Shown in pieces: positions 1 through 8,079 of a DNA stretch of 64,000 bases. The DNA lies in NCBI GenBank assembly GCA_966252305.1, contig CBINOO010000002.1:20089-84088 (forward strand). The letters run 5' to 3'. Numbering within the stretch: the stretch's first letter is position 1; every line of letters begins with the position of its first letter. This stretch comes from an uncultured Acidimicrobiia bacterium. GTDB lineage: Bacteria > Acidobacteriota > Vicinamibacteria > Vicinamibacterales > SCN-69-37. A program made the translations under genes and the position numbers. A model generated the notes under the pieces. That model saw only the letters and a list, made by a program, of their open reading frames with translations, searched no databases and was not told the DNA's origin.

Positions 1-1040
1 GTCTGGTTGTAGAAGTCGTACTGGCCCGACACCGTGATGTTGTCGGCCACCGTGGGCTGGAATGTCAGCTTGAGGTTGAAGCGCGGACTGACTTCCGTGC
101 GGACCGTGCGGGGGCCGTCCGGATCCTGCTTGATGGAGTACCGCTGCACACTCGCGAAGTAGAACGCCTTGTTGAGGCGCAGCGGCCCACCGAGCTGCAC
201 GGTGTAGTCGTTCATCTCGTCGACACCGGTTGCCTTGATGGACGGGTTGACCTGGGTGACCGCCGACGAGACATTGTCGGCACGCAGGCCCTTCTCGGTG
301 TAGCGGTATTCGAACAGGCCCGTACGGCGGTTGCTGCCCGACTTGGTGACCGTGTTGATCACCGCGCCACTGAATCCGCCCAGCTCTGCCGGCTGACCGA
401 TCGACCCAATCTGCACCTGGTCGATGATGTTGAAGTTGAAGAAGGCCCATGCCGTGCCGCCCTCGGGGTCGCGCACGTCGACGCCATCAAGCATCAGCGC
501 GTTGCCCGACGCCGAGGCGCCGCCAAACGCCGAACCGCTGTTGATGCCCGGCGCGTTGTTGAGGATGTTGACCGCGGCATTGGTCCGCGAGATCGGCATG
601 TTGAACAGCAGGTCCTGGGACAACTGCGTGTCGGTGGCGGTGGTGGTCGTGTCCACCTTCGCGGCGGAGACTTCGACGGTGATGGCCTCCGTCAGGCCGC
701 CCACTTCCAGTGTCAGGTTCACGGCGACCGTGCGGCCAATCGTGATTTCGATTCCACCCCGGGCGCGTGGCTTGAAGCCCTGCAACGTGGCGCGCACTTC
801 GTACACGCCGGGGTCGACGCCGAGGAAGCGGTAGTCGCCCTGCGCATCGGTGGTCTGGCTGACTTCACCCATGCGTCCGACGAGGGTGACCGTCACGCCC
901 GGCAAGGCGCCGCCGGAGGCGTCAACGATCCGCCCGGTGATCGTGCCGCTGATGGACTGCGCAGCCGTGGGAGCCGCGATGAGGAGTGCACAGGCCAGTG
1001 CCGCGGCACCAGCAATCAATCGTGTGAGTCGTGTCTGCAT
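1..1040 (-). CDS. TonB-dependent receptor with CarboxypepD_reg-like N-domain (partial; C-terminus lies left of the window)
   Basis: Own minus-strand translation from ATG at 1040-1038. It gives MQTRLTRLIAGAAALACALLIAAPTAAQS (signal peptide), then ISGTITGRIVDASGGALPGVTVTL..TDAQGDYRFLGVDPGVYEVRA (beta-sandwich), then the plug-like NALMLDGVDV. The frame is open to position 1, so it is absent from the ORF track. Confidence 0.85.
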   Translation of the reverse strand, partial: MQTRLTRLIAGAAALACALLIAAPTAAQSISGTITGRIVDASGGALPGVTVTLVGRMGEVSQTTDAQGDYRFLGVDPGVYEVRATLQGFKPRARGGIEITIGRTVAVNLTLEVGGLTEAITVEVSAAKVDTTTTATDTQLSQDLLFNMPISRTNAAVNILNNAPGINSGSAFGGASASGNALMLDGVDVRDPEGGTAWAFFNFNIIDQVQIGSIGQPAELGGFSGAVINTVTKSGSNRRTGLFEYRYTEKGLRADNVSSAVTQVNPSIKATGVDEMNDYTVQLGGPLRLNKAFYFASVQRYSIKQDPDGPRTVRTEVSPRFNLKLTFQPTVADNITVSGQYDFYNQ

Positions 1041-1046
1041 GATGAC

Positions 1047-1394
1047 CTACCGGTTCAGTCCCTTGATGCGATCGTTTTTGGCCGAGTAGATCGCGTAACC
1101 GGTGCCGACGACGAAGGCGCCCAGAATGAGGACGCCGGCTCGGCTCTTGAAGAACGACTCACTGCCGGATTGTTTCGGGGCCTTGGGGGCCGGCGCAGCC
1201 GGTGCCGTGGCGGGGGCGGCCACCGCCGGTGTCGATGCGGCAACGACCCTGGCGATGGCACGTTTCGATAACGGTCCTGGCGTCCTGTCCGGCGTGGCGG
1301 CAAATGCCGGCGCCGTTCCGGCCGTGAGCAGGGCAGTGGTCACTGCCGTTCCCACAAGCCGCCGCACGAATGCGGATGCTCCTGTCTGTTTCAT
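1047..1394 (-). CDS. Small exported Ala/Pro-rich protein with C-terminal TM helix (hypothetical)
   Basis: ORF track 115 aa. Signal-like N-terminus ending AFAATP, AP-rich linker, hydrophobic GVLILGAFVVGTGYAIY. Lies 6 nt upstream of the TonB receptor start. Confidence 0.5.
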   Translation of the reverse strand: MKQTGASAFVRRLVGTAVTTALLTAGTAPAFAATPDRTPGPLSKRAIARVVAASTPAVAAPATAPAAPAPKAPKQSGSESFFKSRAGVLILGAFVVGTGYAIYSAKNDRIKGLNR

Positions 1395-1527
1395 GGGGTC
1401 AGTCCTTTCACATGGGTGTTACACGGGTGCCCGGAACTATACGCCTGTGCTGTTTCGGACGCCAGTCAGATTCACGATTGGGCACACGCCATTGACGCAC
1501 GATCCCTGCTGAGTCACCATTCGACCC

Positions 1528-3852
1528 ATGAAGACCGTTTCGAGAGCCTGGCTTGGGCTCCTGAGTGTCTCGATTGCGGTCATTTTTGTCGTCTGGTTCT
1601 GGTGGGGCCCAGGTGCCCCCGCGCGGCCTCGCAACGTCGTCCTCATCACGCTTGACACCCTCCGCGCCGACCATCTGGGCGCGTACGGCGCCACGCAGGT
1701 GCGCACTCCCCACCTGGACCGCCTAGCCGCCGATGGGGTGGTTTTTGACCAGGTGATGGCCACCGCACCCCTCACCCTGCCGGCACACAGCAGCATCATG
1801 ACGGGCCATTTCCCGCCCCGGCATGGCGTGCGCGACAACGGCGGCTTCTTCCTGTCGCCGGACCAGACGACACTGGCCGAAGTGCTGGCCGGTCAGGGCT
1901 TCCGGACCGGTGCGACCGTCGGCGCCTTTGTGCTCGACAGCAAGTGGGGCCTCGACCAGGGCTTCGAGAGTTATCAGGACGACTTCGACCTCACCAACGT
2001 CCGGGCGATGTCGCTGGCCTCGGTGAAGCGCCCGGGCAACGAAGTGGTCGACCTGGCGCTTGGCTGGATGAGCGATGTTGCCGACCAGCCGTTTTTCGCG
2101 TGGATGCACCTCTACGATCCGCACGCGCCCTACGAGTCACCCGAACCGTTTCGGTCGCAGTACCCGGGCCACCCCTATCGCGGCGCCATCGCTTTCACCG
2201 ACGCCCAGGTCGGACGCGTGCTCGATTTTCTCGATCAGCGTGGACTCGCCGACAACACCCTCGTCATCGTCACGGCCGACCACGGGGAAGGACTGGGAGA
2301 ACACGGGGAAGAGACACACGGCTTTTTTGTCTACCAGAGCACGATGCGGGTCCCGCTCATCATGCGCGTGCCCGGGCGTGATCGGGGCCCAGCGCGTGTC
2401 ACGCAGCCGGTGCGGTCGGTGGACATCATGCCGACGGTGCTGGACTTGCTCGGGGTGCCCGAACCGGGTCCCATCGAAGGCACGACGCTGGTGCCGCTGC
2501 TGACCGGTGCGGCACGTGAGCTCGGCCGCGACCTGGTGGGATACGGCGAGGCGATGTATCCGCTCCACCACTATGGATGGAGCGAGCTGACGTCACTGCG
2601 GTCCGATCGCTTCAAACTCATCGACGCGCCGCGGCCGGAGTTGTATGACCTTGAGCAGGATCCGGGTGAATTGCGAAACCTGTTCGACGATCGTCGGTCC
2701 GTGGCCGATGTGTTGCTGCGCGAGTTACGTGACCGTCGGCAGCAGATGTCGGCAGCCGCGCCCGCCGCGCAGGAATCGGAGGAGGTCGACCCCGAGACGC
2801 GCGCGCGACTGGCCGCGCTGGGCTACGTGGGTTCGTTTGTCGCCACCGACACCGGGCCGTCATCCTCGCGCGCCGATCCCAAGGACAAGATTGGCCTGTT
2901 CAACCTGATGTCCAACGCGCGCGACCTCAGCAAAGGCACCGGAGATCCCGGCGCCGCAGCCATCGCCATGTTGCGTCAGGTGGTCGCCGAGGATCCGCAG
3001 GTCATCGACGCCTGGTTCATGCTCGGCAACGAATTCTTCAAGCAGGAGGCGTGGACCGAGGCGATTGACATGTTCCGTCGCGCGCTGGAACTCAAACCCG
3101 ACTACGACCTGGCGATCATCAACATGGCCAACGCGTATCGGCGTCTCGGACGAGACGACGCGGCGCTGGCGGGATACGAGCGCTACGTCGAGATCGATCC
3201 AAAAAACGCCTACGTGCGATACCAGATCGGCGAGATCTACCTGGACCGCGGCGAACTCGAGCGCGCCGCCACGGAATTTGCCGAAGCGCTGTCGATCGAT
3301 CCCAAGCTCGCCTCAGCAAAGGTCGCCACGGGAGCCATCGCGCTGCAGCGTGGTGACGTCGCGCAGGCGACGAGCCTGCTCCAGGAAGCCCTGGCGTTGA
3401 AGAAGGATGTGCGGCTCGCGCACTTCAATCTCGGAGTCATCGCCGAAGGCCGACAGGATTGGACGACCGCCGAGGCGGAGTATCTGGCGGAGCTTGAGGT
3501 GCACGCGAGCGCATACAAGGCCGCGTTCAACCTTGGCCGCCTGCACGCGCGCCGGCAGAATCCGCGCGCAGCGGCGGAGTGGTACCGGAGGTCCATCGAG
3601 ATCAACGACACGTTCGCGGAGGGCCATTTCTACCTGGCGAAGTCCCTGCTCGACGAGGGAGGCAACCTGCCGGAGGCGATTACACTCGCCCGCCGGGGGC
3701 TGTCGCTGCAACCCGAGGGGGAGATCTCCCCGATGGGGCACTTCGTCATCGGCAGCGCGCTGATGCAGCAGGGCAGGCAGGCGGAGGCCGATCGCGAGCT
3801 GGCCGCAGGACTCGCGCTGGAGAAGCGCCTGGCGGCGCGAGGGCGCCGTTAA
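1528..3852 (+). CDS. Sulfatase-like (alkaline phosphatase superfamily) hydrolase/transferase fused to TPR repeats
   Basis: N-terminal TM helix. LITLDTLRADHLGAYG and TADHGEGLGEHGE metal-site motifs. The nucleophile position reads TLPAH rather than C/S-x-P-x-R. The C-terminal half carries repeated TPR-like AWxxLGxxYxxxGxxxEA units. Confidence 0.85.
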   Translation: MKTVSRAWLGLLSVSIAVIFVVWFWWGPGAPARPRNVVLITLDTLRADHLGAYGATQVRTPHLDRLAADGVVFDQVMATAPLTLPAHSSIMTGHFPPRHGVRDNGGFFLSPDQTTLAEVLAGQGFRTGATVGAFVLDSKWGLDQGFESYQDDFDLTNVRAMSLASVKRPGNEVVDLALGWMSDVADQPFFAWMHLYDPHAPYESPEPFRSQYPGHPYRGAIAFTDAQVGRVLDFLDQRGLADNTLVIVTADHGEGLGEHGEETHGFFVYQSTMRVPLIMRVPGRDRGPARVTQPVRSVDIMPTVLDLLGVPEPGPIEGTTLVPLLTGAARELGRDLVGYGEAMYPLHHYGWSELTSLRSDRFKLIDAPRPELYDLEQDPGELRNLFDDRRSVADVLLRELRDRRQQMSAAAPAAQESEEVDPETRARLAALGYVGSFVATDTGPSSSRADPKDKIGLFNLMSNARDLSKGTGDPGAAAIAMLRQVVAEDPQVIDAWFMLGNEFFKQEAWTEAIDMFRRALELKPDYDLAIINMANAYRRLGRDDAALAGYERYVEIDPKNAYVRYQIGEIYLDRGELERAATEFAEALSIDPKLASAKVATGAIALQRGDVAQATSLLQEALALKKDVRLAHFNLGVIAEGRQDWTTAEAEYLAELEVHASAYKAAFNLGRLHARRQNPRAAAEWYRRSIEINDTFAEGHFYLAKSLLDEGGNLPEAITLARRGLSLQPEGEISPMGHFVIGSALMQQGRQAEADRELAAGLALEKRLAARGRR

Positions 3853-3895
3853 ACGACCGCAGGCCGTAGATCCGGGCTGCCGAGGGGCTTTCTGG

Positions 3896-3901
3896 TAGCA
3901 T
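3896..3901 (+). promoter_or_regulatory. -10-like TAGCAT, 6 nt before ATG 3908 (leaderless candidate)
   Basis: tggTAGCATttgcctATG. Confidence 0.5.
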
Positions 3902-3907
3902 TTGCCT

Positions 3908-4450
3908 ATGTCCCGCCTGAAGACGCTGATTGTGCCGACGCTCGTTGCGGGTGTGCTCGTGGCCGCGCCGCTGACCTCGAATCTGCTCGCCCAAGCCCAG
4001 GGCCAGGGTGTGGCCGGCGCCGCCGGTGGCAAGCCGACGGTCAACAAGTCGGGCTACATGTTCCTCGACTTCTGGTTCCTCGCCGGATTCGACTACAACC
4101 CGAATGAACCGTTCGAGCCGTCGCCCAAGCAGGTGAAGGGCACGATTCCTGCGAACATCCTCGCGCTGCAGGGCAAGAAGGTCGAAATCTACGGCAACAT
4201 CCTGCCGCTCGACTACGACAGCTCCGGAACGTCGACGTTCATTCTCAACGCCAGCGTCGATGCCTGCGGCTTCGGCGGCGTGCCTCGCATCAACGAATGG
4301 ATCTACGTGACGATGAAGCCGGGTCAGAAGGCGCGCACGTACGGCGCCGGGTACGAAATCCTCGTCCGCGGCACCTTCAGCATTGCTGAAGAAGTCGAGA
4401 AGGGCCGCGTTGTGGGCCTCTACTCGATCGTGGCTGACAGCGTGCAGTAG
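3908..4450 (+). CDS. DUF3299-like exported protein
   Basis: Signal peptide, then STFILNASVDACGFGGVPRINEWIYVTMKPG, which resembles the DUF3299 core (eFlLvP..aC.h.p.p..q.vyV). Immediately upstream of an ABC ATPase and an FtsX permease. Confidence 0.7.
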   Translation: MSRLKTLIVPTLVAGVLVAAPLTSNLLAQAQGQGVAGAAGGKPTVNKSGYMFLDFWFLAGFDYNPNEPFEPSPKQVKGTIPANILALQGKKVEIYGNILPLDYDSSGTSTFILNASVDACGFGGVPRINEWIYVTMKPGQKARTYGAGYEILVRGTFSIAEEVEKGRVVGLYSIVADSVQ

Positions 4451-4464
4451 CGGAAGTCGTCGAC

Positions 4465-5166
4465 GTGCTCCTAACAGTTACCGACCTGAAAAAGGGTTTT
4501 GCTGCGCCCGACGGCGAGCGTACGCTCATCGTCGACCTGCCGACGTTTTCGCTGGCGGCGGGTGAACAGGTCGCCGTGCGTGGCGCCAGTGGATCGGGCA
4601 AGACCACGTTCCTGAATCTGATTGCCGGCATCCTGCAGGCCGACAGCGGCACCATCGTGCTCGACGGTCAGGACATGACACGGATGTCCGAGAGCGGCCG
4701 TGATCGCGTGCGGGCAAAGACACTCGGCTACGTGTTCCAGAACTTCAATCTGCTGCAGGGCTACACCGCGCACGAAAACGTGATGCTCGGGATGTTGTTT
4801 GGCCCCGGCGTTGACGCGAAACATGCGCGCGGGTTGCTCGAACGCGTCGGGTTGTCACATCGCATCAACTACCGGCCCGCCCAGTTGTCGATTGGTCAGC
4901 AGCAGCGTGTGGCCGTCGCGCGCGCCCTCGCCAATCGTCCCAAACTCGTGCTGGCGGACGAACCGACGGGCAACCTCGACCAGCGTCATGCCGGTGAGGC
5001 GCTCGCGCTGATTCGCGAGGTCTGCCGGGAGAACGGCGCCGCCCTGCTGCTGGTCAGCCATGACCCGATGATTCTGGAGTCGTTTGAACGCAGCGAGGAC
5101 TTGAGCGCGCTCAACCGCGCGGCCGCTGCCCATGCCGCACCCGCGGCCGGAGGAGCCGGCCGATGA
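4465..5166 (+). CDS. ABC transporter ATP-binding protein (MacB/LolD-like)
   Basis: Walker A GASGSGKTT, Q-loop, signature LSIGQQQRVAVARAL, Walker B LVLADEPTGNLD, H-loop SHD. Confidence 0.95.
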   Translation: MLLTVTDLKKGFAAPDGERTLIVDLPTFSLAAGEQVAVRGASGSGKTTFLNLIAGILQADSGTIVLDGQDMTRMSESGRDRVRAKTLGYVFQNFNLLQGYTAHENVMLGMLFGPGVDAKHARGLLERVGLSHRINYRPAQLSIGQQQRVAVARALANRPKLVLADEPTGNLDQRHAGEALALIREVCRENGAALLLVSHDPMILESFERSEDLSALNRAAAAHAAPAAGGAGR

Positions 5167-6416
5167 GCCTGATGTCCATCGTGCGCCGCAGCCTGCGGCA
5201 GCATGCGCTTTCGTCGTTTGTCACCATCCTGTCTGTCGGCCTCGCCGCCGGCCTCACGATGTCCGTGTTTGCGATCAACACGCAGACGTACGACGCGTTC
5301 ACGGGTGGGCGTGTCGGGTTCGACGCCGTGCTCGGCGCCCGCGGCTCGCAGCTGCAGCTGGTGCTCAACACCATCTTTCACCTCGAGACGTCGCCCGGTA
5401 ACATTCCGTGGACGCTCTACAAGGAAATCGCCGACGACCCGCGCGTGACGCTGGCCATTCCCTACGCGGTTGGCGACAACTACCAGGGCTACCGCATCGT
5501 CGGCACGACGACGCAGCTGTTTACGGACTTCGAGTACCGCGAAGGACAGGGATTCGTCATCAAGGATGGCGGCCGCGCGTTCGACCCGACGAAGAAGGAA
5601 GCCGTGCTCGGCTATTACGTCGCGGAGAAACTCGGCATGGCGGTGGGAGCCACGTTCCAGCCGTACCACGGGCTCCAGTTCAGCGAACGCGAGAAACACC
5701 AGGAGGAATACACCGTGGTCGGCATCATGGAGCCGACCAATGGACCATCCGACCGCGTGGTGTGGATCCCCATCGAAGGGATCTACAACATGCAGGGGCA
5801 TGTGTTGCGCGGATCGGGCACGGTGTACCGACCGTCCGCCGATGAAATCGTCCCCGAGGAACACCGGGAAGTCAGCGCCGTCATGCTGAAGCTGCGTAAT
5901 CCGCAGGCCGGTTTCATCCTCAATCAGACGATCAACCAGCAGGGCAAGGTGGCGACGCTGGCGTGGCCGATTGGCCGCGTGATGGCTGAGCTGTTCCAGC
6001 GCATCGGCTGGGTCAGCCGCATTCTCACCATGGTGGCCTACCTGATCGTGGTCGTGGCGGCCGGATCGATCCTCGCCAGCATCTACAACACGATGAACGA
6101 GCGCCGCCGCGAGTTTGCCATTCTGCGTGCGCTGGGCGCGCGGCGCGGCACGGTGTTCTCCGCGATCGTGCTCGAATCCACCACCATTACCGCGCTTGGA
6201 GCCCTGGTGGGATTCCTGGTGTACGCGGGCATTCTGTCGGCGGCCTACGTCATCGTCCGCGCCCAGACCGGTGTGGTGCTCGATGCGCTGCGCTTTGACC
6301 ATGCGTTGTGGATGACGCCTGTCGGGATGATCGTGCTTGGCGCCCTGGCCGGCCTCGTGCCCGCGTTCAAGGCGTATCGCACGGATGTGGCGTCGAACCT
6401 GACGCCGCTCTCCTGA
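5163..6416 (+). CDS. FtsX-family ABC transporter permease (MacB-like periplasmic domain)
   Basis: ATGA overlap with the ATPase gene. N-terminal TM helix, large extracytoplasmic domain, and a C-terminal FtsX motif REFAILRALGARR followed by 3 TM helices. Confidence 0.9.
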   Translation: MSLMSIVRRSLRQHALSSFVTILSVGLAAGLTMSVFAINTQTYDAFTGGRVGFDAVLGARGSQLQLVLNTIFHLETSPGNIPWTLYKEIADDPRVTLAIPYAVGDNYQGYRIVGTTTQLFTDFEYREGQGFVIKDGGRAFDPTKKEAVLGYYVAEKLGMAVGATFQPYHGLQFSEREKHQEEYTVVGIMEPTNGPSDRVVWIPIEGIYNMQGHVLRGSGTVYRPSADEIVPEEHREVSAVMLKLRNPQAGFILNQTINQQGKVATLAWPIGRVMAELFQRIGWVSRILTMVAYLIVVVAAGSILASIYNTMNERRREFAILRALGARRGTVFSAIVLESTTITALGALVGFLVYAGILSAAYVIVRAQTGVVLDALRFDHALWMTPVGMIVLGALAGLVPAFKAYRTDVASNLTPLS

Positions 6417-6603
6417 GGACACGCGCAACGCCCGCGAGCCGGCGCCCGGCGTCCACGAAGAACTCCCTGGTACACGCCTTGAAATAACACTGGCTGCCGA
6501 CCGGCACATGCCCGGTTGGCCGCAACCGATGCAGTAGGGGTGGATCTCCTCTGCCACCTCTCTGCATCGCGTTGCCGCATTGTGGCCACGTGTGGAGGGT
6601 GTG

Positions 6604-8079
6604 GTGAGCAGAGAAGAGTTCACGCCCGTGGCCTCGAGTGGAATCCCCGGGCTGGATGAAGTGCTCACGGGCGGTTTCGCGAGGCGACGGATGTTCCTCG
6701 TGGAAGGCGTACCCGGTTCTGGAAAAACGACCCTTGCGCTGCAGTTTCTGCGGCAGGGCGTGCAGGACGGTGAGACCGTTCTGTACGTCACGTTGTCAGA
6801 AACCGCCGAGGAGCTCCGGGCGGTGTCCCGCGCGCGAGGCTGGAATCTCGACGGCATTGAGCTGCGTGAGCTTGGGGCGCCGCCGTCTGCGCTCGATGGC
6901 GACGAGCTGAACACCATGTTCCACCCGTCCGAGGTCGAGCTGGTGGAAACGATGAAGCCCATCCTCGACGATGTCGACCGCATCCGGCCTCAGCGCATCG
7001 TCATTGACTCCCTGTCGGAGCTGCGGCTGCTGGCCGGCAGTCCGCTTCGCTACCGGCGCCAGATTCTCGCGCTCAAGCAGTTCTTCGCGACCAGGGACTG
7101 CACGGTGTTGCTGCTTGACGACCTGACGGCCAGCGATCGGGACCTGCAGGTGCAGAGCATTGCTCATGGTGTCGTGTTGCTCGAACTGCTGAGTTCGCAA
7201 TATGGGGCCGATCGCCGGCGGCTGCGCGTCGTGAAATACCGCGGTATCAACTTTCAGGGGGGATATCACGACTACATCATCTCGATGGGGGGGCTTGAGG
7301 TCTTTCCCCGGCTCGTTGCCGCGCGTCATCGGACGACGGCCACCGACGGGAAACGCCCGAGTGGGCTGGACGCGCTCGACAGGCTGATGGGGGGTGGCGT
7401 CCAGGAAGGGACGTGCACCCTGATCGCCGGCGCGTCAGGGACGGGCAAGTCGACCCTGGCGGCGCAGTTCTGCGCAGCAGCGGCTGCCAGCGGCAGGCGC
7501 AGCGCGATGTTCCTGTTCGACGAGCGACCGGAGACGCTCCTGCTCCGATGCAGGTCGCTCAACGTGGACCTGCAACGCCACCTTGACGCGGGCACGATTG
7601 AGATGCGGCAGGTCGATCCGGCGGAACTGACTCCCGGTGAACTCATCTATGCCATTCGTCAGGCCGTCGAAGACCGCGGCGTCGACATGGTGGTGATCGA
7701 CAGCTTGAATGGCTATCTCAACGCGATGCCCGAAGAGCGCTTCCTGGTCATCCAGCTGCACGAACTGCTGGCGTACCTCGGCCAACGGAACGTGGCGACC
7801 CTGCTCGTCGGGACCCATCAGAGCCTCATGGGCTCGGACATGCAGGCGCCGGCGGACACGACATACCTTGCCGATACCGTCATTCTCCTGCGGTACTACG
7901 AGGTGGAAGGCGAGGTGCGCCAGGCCATTTCCGTGGTCAAACAACGCGGGGGGCACCACGAGCGGACCATTCGCCGGTTCGAGATGAGCGGGTCACGGAT
8001 CCATGTGGGCGATGTGCTGCGCCAGTTTCGGGGAGTGCTGACCGGGACACCACATGCCCTGGAGCCAGGTGAGCGCTGA
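6604..8079 (+). CDS. kaiC: KaiC-like double RecA-domain ATPase
   Basis: Two Walker A motifs (GVPGSGKTTLALQF, GASGTGKSTLAAQF). The tail ADTVILLRYYEVEGEVRQAISVVKQRGGHHERTIRRFEMS resembles the cyanobacterial KaiC CII tail. GGAGGG at 6593-6598 lies 5 nt before GTG 6604; TTG 6580 from the ORF track is an alternative start. Confidence 0.9.
   Translation: MSREEFTPVASSGIPGLDEVLTGGFARRRMFLVEGVPGSGKTTLALQFLRQGVQDGETVLYVTLSETAEELRAVSRARGWNLDGIELRELGAPPSALDGDELNTMFHPSEVELVETMKPILDDVDRIRPQRIVIDSLSELRLLAGSPLRYRRQILALKQFFATRDCTVLLLDDLTASDRDLQVQSIAHGVVLLELLSSQYGADRRRLRVVKYRGINFQGGYHDYIISMGGLEVFPRLVAARHRTTATDGKRPSGLDALDRLMGGGVQEGTCTLIAGASGTGKSTLAAQFCAAAAASGRRSAMFLFDERPETLLLRCRSLNVDLQRHLDAGTIEMRQVDPAELTPGELIYAIRQAVEDRGVDMVVIDSLNGYLNAMPEERFLVIQLHELLAYLGQRNVATLLVGTHQSLMGSDMQAPADTTYLADTVILLRYYEVEGEVRQAISVVKQRGGHHERTIRRFEMSGSRIHVGDVLRQFRGVLTGTPHALEPGER

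Noticed and set aside
6417-6603. 187-bp intergenic region upstream of kaiC, searched for an RNA element or a regulator box.
   Set aside because: Only short imperfect hairpins (for example GCCGACCGG/CCGGTTGGC) and a TTGAAA with no matching -10 were found. Nothing I can support.
4986-6983. 665-aa minus-strand ORF antisense to the ABC ATPase, FtsX and kaiC genes.
   Set aside because: The product is Arg/Ser/Ala-rich with no motifs, while the plus strand encodes proteins with clear Walker, FtsX and KaiC motifs. This is a typical shadow ORF in GC-rich DNA.
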